From: Candidatus Poribacteria bacterium
GTDB taxonomy: Bacteria > Poribacteria > WGA-4E > PCPOR2b
Reading direction: 5' to 3'
Length of the DNA stretch: 64,000 bases
NCBI GenBank assembly: GCA_965208675.1
Contig: OZ242351.1
Span: 2,732,633-2,796,632, forward strand
The position numbers were made by a program, and so were the translations under genes. Positions 47,889 through 58,798 of the stretch are shown here, piece by piece; the stretch's first letter is position 1; each line of letters begins with the position of its first letter. The notes beneath the pieces are model-generated. The model saw only the letters and a list, made by a program, of their open reading frames with translations, was not told the origin of the DNA and did no database searches.

Positions 47889-48620
47889 TCAATCGAGTTC
47901 AACCGGCACGCCGTCCAGCAAACCATTTTCGTGCATATCCACCCATTCGTCCATGAAGATTTTGTTCCATTGGTCGGTCAGCGGGTGCTCCAGCATATCA
48001 CGATACACCGTCCACATGGTGACCAGCTCGTCGGCGCCGTCACGGAATGCCGCGTGCGCCGTCTCTACTGAACGCACGAGCGCCGCCATTATAAATGGCC
48101 GCTCCTCCCATCCGCTGAACATCTGTACACACTCACGTATCAGTTGTGTCGGATTGCCGCCCACGGATTTGACCGGATCGCAGAACGGCAAGACGTGGTC
48201 GACACCAGCCTGCGCGACAGCGGCGGCTTGGGTCAAGGAGAAGACAGTCGTACAAAACGTCTCAATCCCGTCCTTCTTGAGCGCGCTGAACGCCTTAAGC
48301 CCGTTTGCCGAGCATGGGATTTTCAGGATAATCTGACCCGACAGGTCGGTAAAAACCTTCCCAACCGAGAGCAGTTCCTCGACCGTATGACCATCGATTT
48401 CCACAACTACGGGTTTGTCCGTGATGTTGAGATATTCCTTAATCAGTGCAATTACCGAACCGTACGGCTTGGCGTACTGGTTCAGCACTACGGTGTTGGT
48501 CACAATTCCAGCTATTCCCAGCGGCATCCACGGTGCTAAATCGTCGGGGGTACCGGCGAGCCAAATGGTGGGGCCGCGGCCTTCAGAACGCGCTTTCGGC
48601 ACAGGTCCGTTTGAAGTCAT
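47889..48620 (-). CDS. Transaldolase/fructose-6-phosphate aldolase family protein
   Basis: 243 aa. GIAGIVTNTVV resembles the G..GVTTNPS motif. Class-I aldolase TIM-barrel pattern. Confidence 0.65.
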   Translation of the reverse strand: MTSNGPVPKARSEGRGPTIWLAGTPDDLAPWMPLGIAGIVTNTVVLNQYAKPYGSVIALIKEYLNITDKPVVVEIDGHTVEELLSVGKVFTDLSGQIILKIPCSANGLKAFSALKKDGIETFCTTVFSLTQAAAVAQAGVDHVLPFCDPVKSVGGNPTQLIRECVQMFSGWEERPFIMAALVRSVETAHAAFRDGADELVTMWTVYRDMLEHPLTDQWNKIFMDEWVDMHENGLLDGVPVELD

Positions 48621-48934
48621 TACGATGTTCTCCTAGTTTTGGCAAATTCTTGGGTATGTATTTGGAAGTATAGTCGATTTTGTGAATCAGGTCAATTCGT
48701 TTCTCCGCTCGATCGCATCTGTGCGATTCACAACGCCAATGACAGTGAACCGGCTACCGACAACCGCATTTTGCGCATTATCAAATCCAAAATTGGTAGC
48801 CCTGCGTTGCTGTCGTTGTGGTATAATATTTACATTTCTGAATTGATGTAAACATTGATAAAAGGCAAATACTTCGCTGTCGGACCATGAATAAACAATA
48901 ACTTTTGCAATAACCATTGACCAGGAGGGCTGAT

Positions 48935-49666
48935 ATGCCGAACAGAGGTTTATCCAATGAGGAGATAGAGCAGCTAAAGCGGTACGACTCGCCTACAGTG
49001 TGCAACGTCATCGAGCTATTCGATGTGCGTCCGAGAGACGCGGGGTATATGAACGAACATGTGAAGTGTTGCTTCCCGGAAATGCCGCCGATGGTAGGAT
49101 ACGCCTCTACGGCGATGCGGCGCTGTGCGAGCGCTCCAAGGACGAGCAGCGAGCAGGTGAGTTTAGAAGCGCAATTGGAGAGTTTCGAGGCGCTGCCGGG
49201 GCCGGCTGTGGTGGTGTACCAGGACCTCGATGAGCCGAAGGTAGCGGCGACGTTCGGCGATATCATGTGCAAGTCGCTCAAGACTTTCGGCGCTGTGGGA
49301 ATCGTAACCAGCGGTACCGGGCGGGACCTTGATCAGGTACGGGCGCTGGACTTCCCCGCGTTTACCAACGGCGCAATCTCTTCGCACGGTTACGGCTACA
49401 CCGCTGCCATCGGGATACCCGTTCATGTGGGCGGCATCACCATACACCCAGGCGATCTTCTCTACGGGGACTGCAACGGCGTGACGACAATACCGAACGA
49501 AATTGCCAGTGAAGTGGTTGACTGTTGTGCCGAGTTCGCCGCCGCAGAAGCCGTCGTGCTCAACTATCTTGACCGTAGCGATGCGACGCCAAAAGGCCTA
49601 ACGGAGGCTCAGAACGAATGCAAGCGAAGGCTGGCGGAACTAAGTGAGCGCGTACGGACGAAATGA
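48935..49666 (+). CDS. RraA family protein (putative 4-hydroxy-4-methyl-2-oxoglutarate aldolase / RNase E regulator-like)
   Basis: FGDIMCKSLKTFGAVGIVTSGTGRD and GDLLYGDCNGV motifs of the RraA/MenG-like fold. RBS AGGAGGG upstream. Extended -10 TGGTATAAT at 48817-48825. Confidence 0.7.
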   Translation: MPNRGLSNEEIEQLKRYDSPTVCNVIELFDVRPRDAGYMNEHVKCCFPEMPPMVGYASTAMRRCASAPRTSSEQVSLEAQLESFEALPGPAVVVYQDLDEPKVAATFGDIMCKSLKTFGAVGIVTSGTGRDLDQVRALDFPAFTNGAISSHGYGYTAAIGIPVHVGGITIHPGDLLYGDCNGVTTIPNEIASEVVDCCAEFAAAEAVVLNYLDRSDATPKGLTEAQNECKRRLAELSERVRTK

Positions 49667-49747
49667 AATCGCCCTTGGGTGTATTTTTCGGGGTTACCGC
49701 AACTGAGTTGAAATGCGCCGACGGATTTGGGAAAGTCCTTACGTATT

Positions 49748-50407
49748 TTATACATCGTAACTGCTGACAACAGCGAGTTTTAACGGCTCATCGCCAACGT
49801 TTCGATATGCGTGCGTTACGTGTCGGGGAATAAATGCGACGCTCCCCGCACCCAACGCCGCTTCTTCTTCGCCAATCTTGACAGACGCCTGCCCCGAAAT
49901 TATGTAGTAGACTTTCTCTCGGTCGGAGTGAGCGTGTGCTTCGACGCCGCCTTGCAATCCGTAGGTCACCTCTGCCACACCTAATTTGCTCGGAGGGACA
50001 TCGTCGAACTGGTAGGTATGGAGATCCAGCAAGGTTAGCAGTTCCTCCCCCGCATTGTGGAACCCGTGCGGTATGCCCAACGCAATCAAGGCGACGCCTC
50101 CTGGTCCGAGCACCGATGTGTCCTCTCCAATCGTAACTGATGCTTGACCCGCGATAATGTAGTAGGCTTGTTCGTTGTCGTCGTGTACGTGCTTGTCATG
50201 GCTTCCACCGGTTGCATAGGTAAGTACAACGAACTGCATCCGGCTGGAACTGATATTTCCGAGGTTGTATTCGCCGAATATTTTGTCTGGACCAATCAGC
50301 GCCCTGCCGAAGCGGTATTCCTTTGGGGCAAGATTCCCAAATCTTTTTTGCCAAAAGACCGTAATTGGAAGCAATGGGTCCTCTGGGGTCCGCATATATT
50401 TCTTCAT
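49748..50407 (-). CDS. Bicupin domain protein
   Basis: Two cupin motifs: HDKHVHDDNEQAYYIIAGQASVTIG and HAHSDREKVYYIISGQASVKIG. Confidence 0.7.
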   Translation of the reverse strand: MKKYMRTPEDPLLPITVFWQKRFGNLAPKEYRFGRALIGPDKIFGEYNLGNISSSRMQFVVLTYATGGSHDKHVHDDNEQAYYIIAGQASVTIGEDTSVLGPGGVALIALGIPHGFHNAGEELLTLLDLHTYQFDDVPPSKLGVAEVTYGLQGGVEAHAHSDREKVYYIISGQASVKIGEEEAALGAGSVAFIPRHVTHAYRNVGDEPLKLAVVSSYDV

Positions 50408-50483
50408 GTGCGCTTTCCATCTCCTGAAATCAAAGACCGGCTAGGGTTACAACCGTTGAGATGTTTAAAATACAAATCATCCT

Positions 50484-50888
50484 TTATAGTTCGTAACTGC
50501 TAATTACCACGACGGTCAACGGTTCATCGCCTGCATTGGCAAATCCGTGCGGCATATTCAGCGGGATATATACTACCCCACCCGGGCCGACGATGCCTTC
50601 TTCAACACCCACTGTAGCTTTCGCCTGACCGGACACGATGTAATAGGCTTGCTCCTTATCGGGATGGGTGTGTTCTTCCGTGTAACCGTCCGGCGTGTAG
50701 GTATCGACAGAAATTTCCAATCGTTTTGATACCATGTTGCCGAGATTAAACTTGCCGTGAATTACATCGGGGCCAAGAAACAGCCATGAAGCCAGTTGAT
50801 CTTTGTGATCGTCCGGATGTAGCTCAGCGATCGAAATTTGTCCAGAGCGCATGTCGTGGTCTGGAGTACGTATGTATTTTTGCATCAT
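50484..50888 (-). CDS. Cupin domain protein
   Basis: EEHTHPDKEQAYYIVSGQAKATVG...PLNMPHGFANAG. Confidence 0.7.
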   Translation of the reverse strand: MMQKYIRTPDHDMRSGQISIAELHPDDHKDQLASWLFLGPDVIHGKFNLGNMVSKRLEISVDTYTPDGYTEEHTHPDKEQAYYIVSGQAKATVGVEEGIVGPGGVVYIPLNMPHGFANAGDEPLTVVVISSYEL

Positions 50889-51154
50889 TATTCTCCTTTA
50901 CCACCTGTCACCCCGGTCACGCGGGCGACAAGTAGCGTTGCGTAGATTGTGAAAAGTGTGAGGTTGAGTTGTGCCGCAGCAAACCGTAAAATTATACCTA
51001 GATTCCAATTTAAATACAAGCGTTATGTCTAGACGGTCAATATCTTGACACTCACGGTGCTGCGTGTTACTATTTTGTAGAATACTCTTCGATTGGCCCG
51101 CTTTGGAAGCAGCGTGTCTGGGATTGTTGGTGGGAAAATGGAGGAGGAGATAAA

Positions 51155-51661
51155 ATGACACGAATAACGGCTTTGTTCATAATCGTGGTATGTTTGATAA
51201 TCGACACCGGTTGCGCTAATCGATTATCAGACCGGGCGGACGTTGCGGCGGGCGAAGAGAGTAGACTACTGCAAACCAACGAGGCTCACTCAGATAATGG
51301 TTCTGTTACAATTTACACCAATCCTGCTGCGCATCCGCATTCACGAATCAACAAAAAACGTGCAATTGACAGCTTTCTTCGGTCAGACCCTGGCAGAACC
51401 AAACAACTTCAAGAGTTATATGAAGAATACAATAAAAGAGCAAGCAATCCGCCGACCGAAGACAAGCTCCGGAATTCGCTGTTAGCTATTCCCGAACTCA
51501 GTCATTCGGTGAATAGCGCCATCGCTGCCGCTAAAATAATACGCGGCCACCACAGGCGCCTTGATATATCTATGGAAGATGCGATTTTCATGTACCTGAC
51601 ACAAGACTGTAATTGGGATGCGGAGAACGCACGGTCGATTCTAGAGCGAATCGAGTATTGA
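51155..51661 (+). CDS. Hypothetical lipoprotein/secreted protein
   Basis: N-terminal hydrophobic signal region ending in the non-canonical IDTGC. Confidence 0.45.
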   Translation: MTRITALFIIVVCLIIDTGCANRLSDRADVAAGEESRLLQTNEAHSDNGSVTIYTNPAAHPHSRINKKRAIDSFLRSDPGRTKQLQELYEEYNKRASNPPTEDKLRNSLLAIPELSHSVNSAIAAAKIIRGHHRRLDISMEDAIFMYLTQDCNWDAENARSILERIEY

Positions 51662-51924
51662 GCGCAACACTGCAGAATTGCTTTCAAGAGCATCAAGCGG
51701 GTTCAATGATTGCTTTCTATAGTTGTGATATTCCACGCTTACGACGCAATAACGACGCAACCACATGATAACTCAGACGCTAGACTTATCATCCTACTTG
51801 TCACTCGATCATAAATCGTATCCAATGGTATAATTTCCGCCGACGGCGGCGCAGTTTGGTACGCCTTTGACATTACAACAATGAACATTTGTATGCCGAA
51901 ACCTACCTGAAAGGAAATTGAGCT

Positions 51925-52275
51925 GTGAACGCCCCGACCACTGTTTATTGCATTACTGTGAAGTTGACCCCGGAACCAGAAGGCGGTTATACAGTAACAT
52001 GTGAGGAATTGCCTGAGTTGATAACGGACGGGAATTCGGTAGATGAGGCGTTAAATAACGTCATAGACGCATTCATCGCAACACTCGAACTATATGAAGA
52101 TTTAGGGCGTACATTGCCTGACAACATTATTCAAAAGTCCAAACAAGAACCTATAGTTCATCCGTTTCAGACACTGACACCAAAATTAAACGGGGCTGAT
52201 GGCTCGCCTGTACCATACGTCTTTCAAGCCACTCTAAATCGTGAGCGCCATGACATATCGAGAAATGTCGCGTAA
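51925..52275 (+). CDS. hicB: HicB-family (UPF0150-like) antitoxin
   Basis: YCITVKLTPEPEGGYTVTCEELPELITDGNSVDEALNNVIDAFIATLE matches the HicB/UPF0150 N-terminal fold. Extended -10 TGGTATAAT at 51829-51837. The true stop may lie earlier than the ORF end. Confidence 0.6.
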   Translation: MNAPTTVYCITVKLTPEPEGGYTVTCEELPELITDGNSVDEALNNVIDAFIATLELYEDLGRTLPDNIIQKSKQEPIVHPFQTLTPKLNGADGSPVPYVFQATLNRERHDISRNVA

Positions 52276-52462
52276 ACTCAAAAAACTCGGTTGTCGCGAA
52301 ACGAAACACAGAACACGAGGCTCTCATCGAAAATGATTCAACCCCCTTACGGAAAGCGCGACAGTTATTCCTGATCACGGAACTAACGATATGCCAATTG
52401 GAACACTTCGCGCAGGTATTAGGCAATTGGGGATAAATTGGACAGATTTCAAACGCACCTAG
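52250..52462 (+). pseudogene. hicA: HicA-family toxin gene interrupted by one in-frame TGA (52334-52336)
   Basis: MTYREMSRKLKKLGCRETKHRTRGSHRK*FNPLTESATVIPDHGTNDMPIGTLRAGIRQLGINWTDFKRT*. GSH..., TVP.H and DLPIGTL..I..LG are HicA hallmarks. One reading frame throughout. Confidence 0.6.
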
Positions 52463-52866
52463 TCCCTCCGCGAATCCAAACCTCCTAGCCCCTACGATTA
52501 TTGGTTCGTCCTTAATTTTGAGCATCGCTAACAATCAAGGGTATCGGTATTCAGTCGCCATGCAATACGACGAACCGAGTGAACGAATCATTCTAGGCAA
52601 CGAATTGAACCCGCCGCGCTGCCGGGAAGGGCAATATCCCGAACAGAACGAAATCCTTGTGTTCCCAGCCGATGAAACAAACCCACCAGACGAACGCACT
52701 CCCCGAAAGCCGCCGTTCGCGTTGTTAAGACCTTCGTCCGATGAGTGACACCGCTTACAAAAAGGCGCCAGCGGTGCCATAGCTCACCACGCCATATTGA
52801 GGGTTTTGAAATTTCGTTCAAATTCGATTGTTACTTCTTCTTATTCTTATGGCAATGTGATTATTC

Positions 52867-53680
52867 TCACGAATGACGGGTGTCGTGCGGATACACCAAC
52901 GCATGCCGTTCGTGTAATTGAGCGAGGTGGCGCATACGCTGTGGACTCGCGGTATTGAGCATGAGTTCGGTGTACATGCCGCCAATCTTGAATCCGTGCG
53001 CGACGGGGCAGTGGCCGCGGACATATTCGTCAATACGCGCCATTTCGCTCTCGGTGGCTGCGTGCTTATTCAAGTTCATTGTGAACATCCGCCGTTGGGT
53101 TGATCCGCCAAACGAAGCGTGGAGGATGTCGTGGTAAAAGACCACCAAATCTCCCGGATTCGTCGCCAATGCGGCGGCACCAGGAATCTCGGATGGCGAA
53201 AATCCCCACAAATGCTGCGCATCTCTGGGATGGATTTCACCGGACCGCCATATGGAGTCGCGTCGGTGGCTGCCGGGAAGCACGCGAAGGCAGCCGGTGT
53301 CGCGTGTGAGCCGGTCTAGGTAGAAAACCATCTTGATCGCGAAGAGTTCAGGGTAGTTCCCGTCTGTGTGCCAATCCGTGTCGCCGCAATAATAGTTGCC
53401 GTCGCCCGAAGCATAGTTGAAGCCATCACCCAAAATGGCGGACGCGATACCCTCAATTCGGGCATCGTCGAGCAGCGTGCATAACCGTTCGCTGTGATCG
53501 ATGGTCGGAACAATCATGGTCGGCTTCGATCCATCGTGCATCTTACCGCCGCCGCAGGTCTGCATAACGTCCTCAAACTCATCGATAATCCAAGCGATCT
53601 CATCCGGACCAAAAAGTTCACGGAAAACCAGATAGCCGAAGGTGTGAAAGAAGTTGAGTTGATGTGTTGTGAGTTGCATG
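52867..53680 (-). CDS. Phytanoyl-CoA dioxygenase (PhyH) family protein (second copy)
   Basis: Start MQLTTHQLNFFHTFGYLVFRELF. HTDGNYPE and VFYHDILHAS motifs. The longest ORF extends to 53946, but that N-terminus is atypical. Confidence 0.7.
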
Positions 53681-53998
53681 GCAAAAACTCCGTGTATGTA
53701 TTCAATACCCTTTAAAGTTTTGTCCTGTCCGAATCGAAACTGTGTTGCCGCGATGGTATGATTGAGTCGTCCTAAACTGTCATAATGATCCAATTCAGCG
53801 TGTGTGATTATATCACCTTTGTGGTGGATTTCCAAACCATACTTGACAGCGCTGATGAGGGATGCACGACAAGTGCAATGTGATTTGGATGCGCGCTCTG
53901 ACGAGGTAAAACAACTGTAGAAGTTTATGGTTGATGGAGATAGCATTCCTTTGGTAAAATTTCATGCAGTTTGAATGTCTATAAATTAAGAAAGCAAC

Positions 53999-55414
53999 AT
54001 GGCGAATAAATCTCTCAATCAACTCCTAACCGCGGTAACGGTCGTCATCGACTTCTGCCTCATCGGAATTTCGATCCGCACCGCCTACTGGCTCAGGTTT
54101 GAGTCGGGCTGGTTGCAGGCAGTTGCCATCCACACGGGCGGAAATCCACCGCTCGCATTCTACTTTCAGCTCATCCCATTGAACGCGGCAATCTGGATAT
54201 TGACACTTCGGGGATTAGGGCTTTATCGGGTCGAAAACGAGATTACGCTGGAAACTGGCCTAACGCTTCTGAAGGCTTCAGCCGTCGCGTTAATTTCCAC
54301 ACTTGGCGCCGTCTTTTTCTTCTATCACCACCACGAATTTTCTCGCTGGGTAATGCTTTTGGCGTGCGGGACGAGCGCGGTTTTTCTTTACTTGAATCGG
54401 CTCGCGGTGCAGCGGTTCAAGCAAACGCTGCAGCAGGCAGGTATTGGTGTAAGCCAAGTCGCCGTTGTCGGCTTTAACGCAACCACAAGGCAACTCATCC
54501 ATTCTATCCGAGGAAAAGCCCGTAAAAGTTACCAATTACTCGGTGTTATAATCGGAAAGCAACTACCGCCTGAGCCAATTTCTCAGTATGTTCTTGGCGG
54601 CACAACCGAAGTGCGCAGCCTCGTCCAAAAGTATCAGATTAACGAACTGTTCATCACGTCACCGGCAATTTCTCATGAAGAGATTTTACAGATTGTGCAT
54701 GATTGCGAAGGGCTGCCCGTTCAGATTCGGGTTCTCCCGGACCTCTACGAAGTTATGATTGGGAAAACGCATGTGGTGGATTTTGACGGGATTCCGGTTG
54801 TTCAGTTGAAAGAACTTCCACTACACGGCTGGTGCGGGCTGATTAAGCGGGGGTTGGACATCGCCTTAAGCACGTTTGCCTTGGTTATTTTGAGTCCGGT
54901 TATGGTTGCGATTGCGATTGCGGTGAAGTTAACATCTGCAGGTTCAGTCATTTTCCGCCAAGAACGGATTAGCAGGGATGGGACAGCCTTTCGCATCTAC
55001 AAATTCAGATCTATGCGCCAAGATGCGGAGGCGGGAATTGGACACACATGGGCTGCGCCGGACGATCCACGGCAAACGCGGCTCGGGCGATTCTTGAGGC
55101 GTTGGGGTTTAGACGAACTTCCGCAACTTGTCAATGTAGTCAAGGGGGATATGAGTCTAGTGGGACCCCGGCCGGAGATGTCAGGGCTGATTGATGATTT
55201 TAGCAAATCTTTCCCTCACTACTTGGATCGGCATCGGGTGAAATGCGGTTTAACGGGTTGGGCGCAAGTCAATGGTCTGCGCGGAAACACCTCACTCGAA
55301 GAGCGGCTCCGTTACGATTTATTCTACATTGAAAACTGGTCGCTCGGCTTTGACATCAAAATCCTGCTCAAGACTTTGTGGGCGATCAAAAAGGGCGGTT
55401 CATTTCAGAAGTAA
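53999..55414 (+). CDS. Polyprenyl-phosphate sugar-1-phosphate transferase (WbaP/EPS priming glycosyltransferase; bacterial sugar transferase family)
   Basis: N-terminal TM helices. C-terminal RQERISRDGTAFRIYKFRSM...DELPQLVNVVKGDMSLVGPRPE (PF02397-type). Confidence 0.9.
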   Translation: MANKSLNQLLTAVTVVIDFCLIGISIRTAYWLRFESGWLQAVAIHTGGNPPLAFYFQLIPLNAAIWILTLRGLGLYRVENEITLETGLTLLKASAVALISTLGAVFFFYHHHEFSRWVMLLACGTSAVFLYLNRLAVQRFKQTLQQAGIGVSQVAVVGFNATTRQLIHSIRGKARKSYQLLGVIIGKQLPPEPISQYVLGGTTEVRSLVQKYQINELFITSPAISHEEILQIVHDCEGLPVQIRVLPDLYEVMIGKTHVVDFDGIPVVQLKELPLHGWCGLIKRGLDIALSTFALVILSPVMVAIAIAVKLTSAGSVIFRQERISRDGTAFRIYKFRSMRQDAEAGIGHTWAAPDDPRQTRLGRFLRRWGLDELPQLVNVVKGDMSLVGPRPEMSGLIDDFSKSFPHYLDRHRVKCGLTGWAQVNGLRGNTSLEERLRYDLFYIENWSLGFDIKILLKTLWAIKKGGSFQK

Positions 55415-55606
55415 GGGGGCCAGATTTGAAAGGATTTGGCAACCTGCCGAATTATAGCCATTTTGGATTTTATTTACACAAGGGGTGATTGATAATCGAG
55501 GCTAGGAAGCCTCGCCCACAAACCGATGGTAAATGGCCGCAATGGCTATAAGGTGTAGATATGCTATTTCTTACCATGAGACTAGATTGAGGGGAAAGAT
55601 TCTCCC

Positions 55607-57253
55607 ATGCGTACGCTCCTCTCCAAAAAATGGCTTCTTCTCAGTTTGATTGGCGCGCTCCTCGTCCTGCTAGTCGCGCTAGTATTATTGTATCGGTCGA
55701 TTTCCCTCCGGGAGCCGGATCGGAGTCTGCTCACCCTGCTTCCTGACGCACCAATCTGTTATCTAAGTGTAAAAGATCTCGGCGGATTTGTTGAAACCTT
55801 TGGGCGCAGCGAGTTTGGAAAACAGACAATGAAGATGCCGCTCCTTACAGAAATCCAACGAGAATCGTGGTGGCGCCAAATTGTGTATCAGAAACAACAC
55901 TGGGAGTATGAAATGGGCGGGGAGTTAAATCTAAAGGCACTTAAAGGCTACTTTGGAGAAGAAGCGATTTTGAGCCTTTACCATCGCGGAGACGAAATTT
56001 CTTTCCTGTTGATTAGTATTGTTGGCGCGAAAGAGAAATTAGAGATTGCGGCACTCACAGCCACAGATTTTGTCAACCCAAAATACAAGCGGAAAAAGGA
56101 GAATTACAGGGGAATTGATATCAACACAATTACCGGCTATCCGCGAGATTTCAGCTACGCCTTTATCGGCAAGATAGGTCTGTTGGGACTCGACAAATCA
56201 TTAATTCAGGAGACAATTGATATGCATTCAGATGCGAGGCAGGATTTCATCAGCCTCGATCCTACCCGGGAATACATGCGCCAACGGTATGACTCGGACA
56301 GTAACACAATGTATATCAATGTTTCCAGATTTACTCAAGCCTTCGCGTTGAACGGCGGCCTCAAGTCATTATTGGCACCTGTCAACGCGTGGAGCGTCGG
56401 TAATCGCTATGAAAATGGTGTTATTCACTCTCGACATCGGTTAACATGGGACGCAACTCCGAAAATCATGCCGAATGATTCGCGTCCAATCAATCAAAGC
56501 CTATTATCCATACTCCCGGCAACCACGGCATTTCTTTGCGCAAGCAGAGACGAAGATTTTTTAGCGTTGGGGACGCCGATGGAAAACGCCCAATTCATCC
56601 AATTTCAAGGGAACCGTATTGAACTCTTTCGCCATTTAAACTCGCAGTTTGCGTTTTTGCTGCTTGATGCCCAAGGCACAAACCCGATGGCAATACCGCC
56701 AGCACTGCTCATTCTCACCATCCGCGATGACTCTAATTTTAGAGCGGATTTTGCGGAGCTGCGGAACGCAAAGGTCTCCATTTTCGGTAAACCGCTCCAA
56801 TTTCTAAAACCTCAAGATTATCACGGAACAGAGATTTACCCCGTCCAACTTCGTTTCGGGTTCTTGTTCTCCGTAACAGGCGGCTGTGCAATTGTCGATA
56901 ATTATTGGATTATCAGTTCTACGCTCGATGGATTGAAAACCGCCATTGATACTTCTGAGGGACGAATCGCGGCGTTGCCTGAAACAGGATTCTCAACTTC
57001 AACTCATCAATCCGCTGAAAGTCAAATCTTTATTCAACCCAACCGATTCTTTCCTCAACTAAAACGCCTCACCTCAATACTCGGGTTGATTGCATCCACT
57101 TCCGGTCAAGGCGATGGTTCAGCGTTGATGACTCGCATTACAAATAATCTCTTCCCATTGGAAGCGCTTGGCGCAATCAACGCTGAGATAGATTTTGACA
57201 GCGGAGCTGTTGATGCACAAATTCGGATTGTATTGGAGCCTACGGAAGGTTGA
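55607..57253 (+). CDS. Hypothetical membrane-anchored protein (N-terminal TM, large extracytoplasmic domain)
   Basis: MRTLLSKKWLLLSLIGALLVLLVALVLLY TM anchor. No recognisable catalytic motifs. Confidence 0.5.
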   Translation: MRTLLSKKWLLLSLIGALLVLLVALVLLYRSISLREPDRSLLTLLPDAPICYLSVKDLGGFVETFGRSEFGKQTMKMPLLTEIQRESWWRQIVYQKQHWEYEMGGELNLKALKGYFGEEAILSLYHRGDEISFLLISIVGAKEKLEIAALTATDFVNPKYKRKKENYRGIDINTITGYPRDFSYAFIGKIGLLGLDKSLIQETIDMHSDARQDFISLDPTREYMRQRYDSDSNTMYINVSRFTQAFALNGGLKSLLAPVNAWSVGNRYENGVIHSRHRLTWDATPKIMPNDSRPINQSLLSILPATTAFLCASRDEDFLALGTPMENAQFIQFQGNRIELFRHLNSQFAFLLLDAQGTNPMAIPPALLILTIRDDSNFRADFAELRNAKVSIFGKPLQFLKPQDYHGTEIYPVQLRFGFLFSVTGGCAIVDNYWIISSTLDGLKTAIDTSEGRIAALPETGFSTSTHQSAESQIFIQPNRFFPQLKRLTSILGLIASTSGQGDGSALMTRITNNLFPLEALGAINAEIDFDSGAVDAQIRIVLEPTEG

Positions 57254-57367
57254 ACGCGGGGGGCGAAAATTAAATTCGCCGCGCCACAAACATTTCAGTT
57301 GACAAGGGTAAGTCGGTTGGGTTATGATTTTGTGGTGAGCAGATATAAAACATTGGGTGATTGTCGA

Positions 57368-57832
57368 ATGAAAAAGTATAATTTTCAGATTAGGTTCTTT
57401 TTGGTCGTGGTTCTAGGCAGCACGGTTCTCGGCGGGTGCGATAGTTCTCCATCGGGCGGAAGTGGATCGTTGGATCTTCTCCAAGGTGAACCTGCGATTC
57501 TAGAGGCTGTCCTCGCGGTAGATCTCATTGACGATCGGCCGGTAGGAATCACCGATACCTTTTTCGGGTCAAGCGACCGCATCTACTTATGGATGTATTG
57601 GGCGGCCGTAGAAGGGCGGCATACCGCTGAAGTCAGCTGGTATTCACCAGCACAAGACGTGGACGATCCACCATTTCGAGATGACGCTGAATCCTTTACC
57701 TCATCAACCGGCGATCAGATTACATGGTTTTTTATCGACCGTCCCTCTGGCGGATTTACCGACGGCGAATGGTCAGTTGACATCTTTTTAGACGGACTGT
57801 TCGAGCGGAGCATTTTTTTCGCCGTGGAGTGA
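57368..57832 (+). CDS. Hypothetical lipoprotein
   Basis: MKKYNFQIRFFLVVVLGSTVLGGC lipobox, followed by a Gly/Ser linker. Confidence 0.5.
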   Translation: MKKYNFQIRFFLVVVLGSTVLGGCDSSPSGGSGSLDLLQGEPAILEAVLAVDLIDDRPVGITDTFFGSSDRIYLWMYWAAVEGRHTAEVSWYSPAQDVDDPPFRDDAESFTSSTGDQITWFFIDRPSGGFTDGEWSVDIFLDGLFERSIFFAVE

Positions 57833-57895
57833 TGCAGTACATAGTTCCTGTTGTGCTTCGTCGCCTTCCCATCCACGTTTCCCGCAATTTTACCT

Positions 57896-58798
57896 TTACA
57901 CCAAATCCTTTCCAACAATCATGCGGTACACGTCCAGATATTTTTCGCTGGTTTTCTCGACTACTTCTTCCGGCAGTTCAGGGACAGGCGGCTGTTTATT
58001 CCATCCAATCTCATTGAGATAGTCGCGCACGTACTGTTTATCGAAGCTGCGCTGCGACCTGCCCGGTTCATATTCGTCTTTTGGCCAAAACCGAGATGAA
58101 TCCGGAGTAAAGACTTCGTCAATGAGGATAAGTTTCTCGCCGAGCAGACCAAACTCGAATTTCGTGTCACAAAGTATCAGCCCGACTTCTTCTGCCCGCT
58201 CGCTTGCCGCTTCAAACAACGCAACGCTTGTCTGCATTACGCGCTCCGCCAAGTCCTTTCCAATGATACCTTCCATCTGAGCAATTGAAATGTTCTCGTC
58301 GTGCTCCCCGTATTCAGCCTTTGTGGCGGGTGTAAAGATTAGTTCGGACAAGCGGTCAGATTCCTGCAACCCTTCCGGAAGCCTTGCCCCGCACACAGTC
58401 CCATCTTTTTTGTATTCCGCCCAGGCAGAACCGGCGATATATCCGCGTACCACGCATTCGACATCTATCCGATTCGCTTTATGGACAAGCATGGAACGGC
58501 CTTCGACAGAGTCAGCATTGTGCCGAACATTATCTGGGTACGCTGCCACATCCGTCGTAATAAGATGATTTTCGACAATGGAACTTGTGAAATCAAACCA
58601 GAATTCGGAAAGCGCGGTTAAGACGCGTCCCTTGTATGGGATGCCGTTAGGCAGTACGTAATCAAACGCCGATATCCGGTCGGTAGAGATAATTAACAGC
58701 CGATCGTCCAGATCGTAGAGATCGCGAACCTTGCCCCTATGAAGCAGCTTTAGGTCTGCGAGATTTGTTTCTGCAACAACATTTTTAGACATAAGCAA
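57896..58798 (-). CDS. purC: Phosphoribosylaminoimidazole-succinocarboxamide synthase (SAICAR synthetase)
   Basis: 300 aa. GKVRDLY, LLIISTDRISAFD, LILCDTKFEFG motifs. Confidence 0.9.
   Translation of the reverse strand: MLMSKNVVAETNLADLKLLHRGKVRDLYDLDDRLLIISTDRISAFDYVLPNGIPYKGRVLTALSEFWFDFTSSIVENHLITTDVAAYPDNVRHNADSVEGRSMLVHKANRIDVECVVRGYIAGSAWAEYKKDGTVCGARLPEGLQESDRLSELIFTPATKAEYGEHDENISIAQMEGIIGKDLAERVMQTSVALFEAASERAEEVGLILCDTKFEFGLLGEKLILIDEVFTPDSSRFWPKDEYEPGRSQRSFDKQYVRDYLNEIGWNKQPPVPELPEEVVEKTSEKYLDVYRMIVGKDLV

Noticed and set aside
28966-52462. In-frame TAG/TGA codons as evidence for stop-codon reassignment
   Set aside because: Both TAG and TGA end conserved housekeeping ORFs in this window at the expected positions. 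The interrupted sites correspond to different sense codons (Glu, Leu, Arg). Nonsense mutation or sequencing error is more parsimonious.
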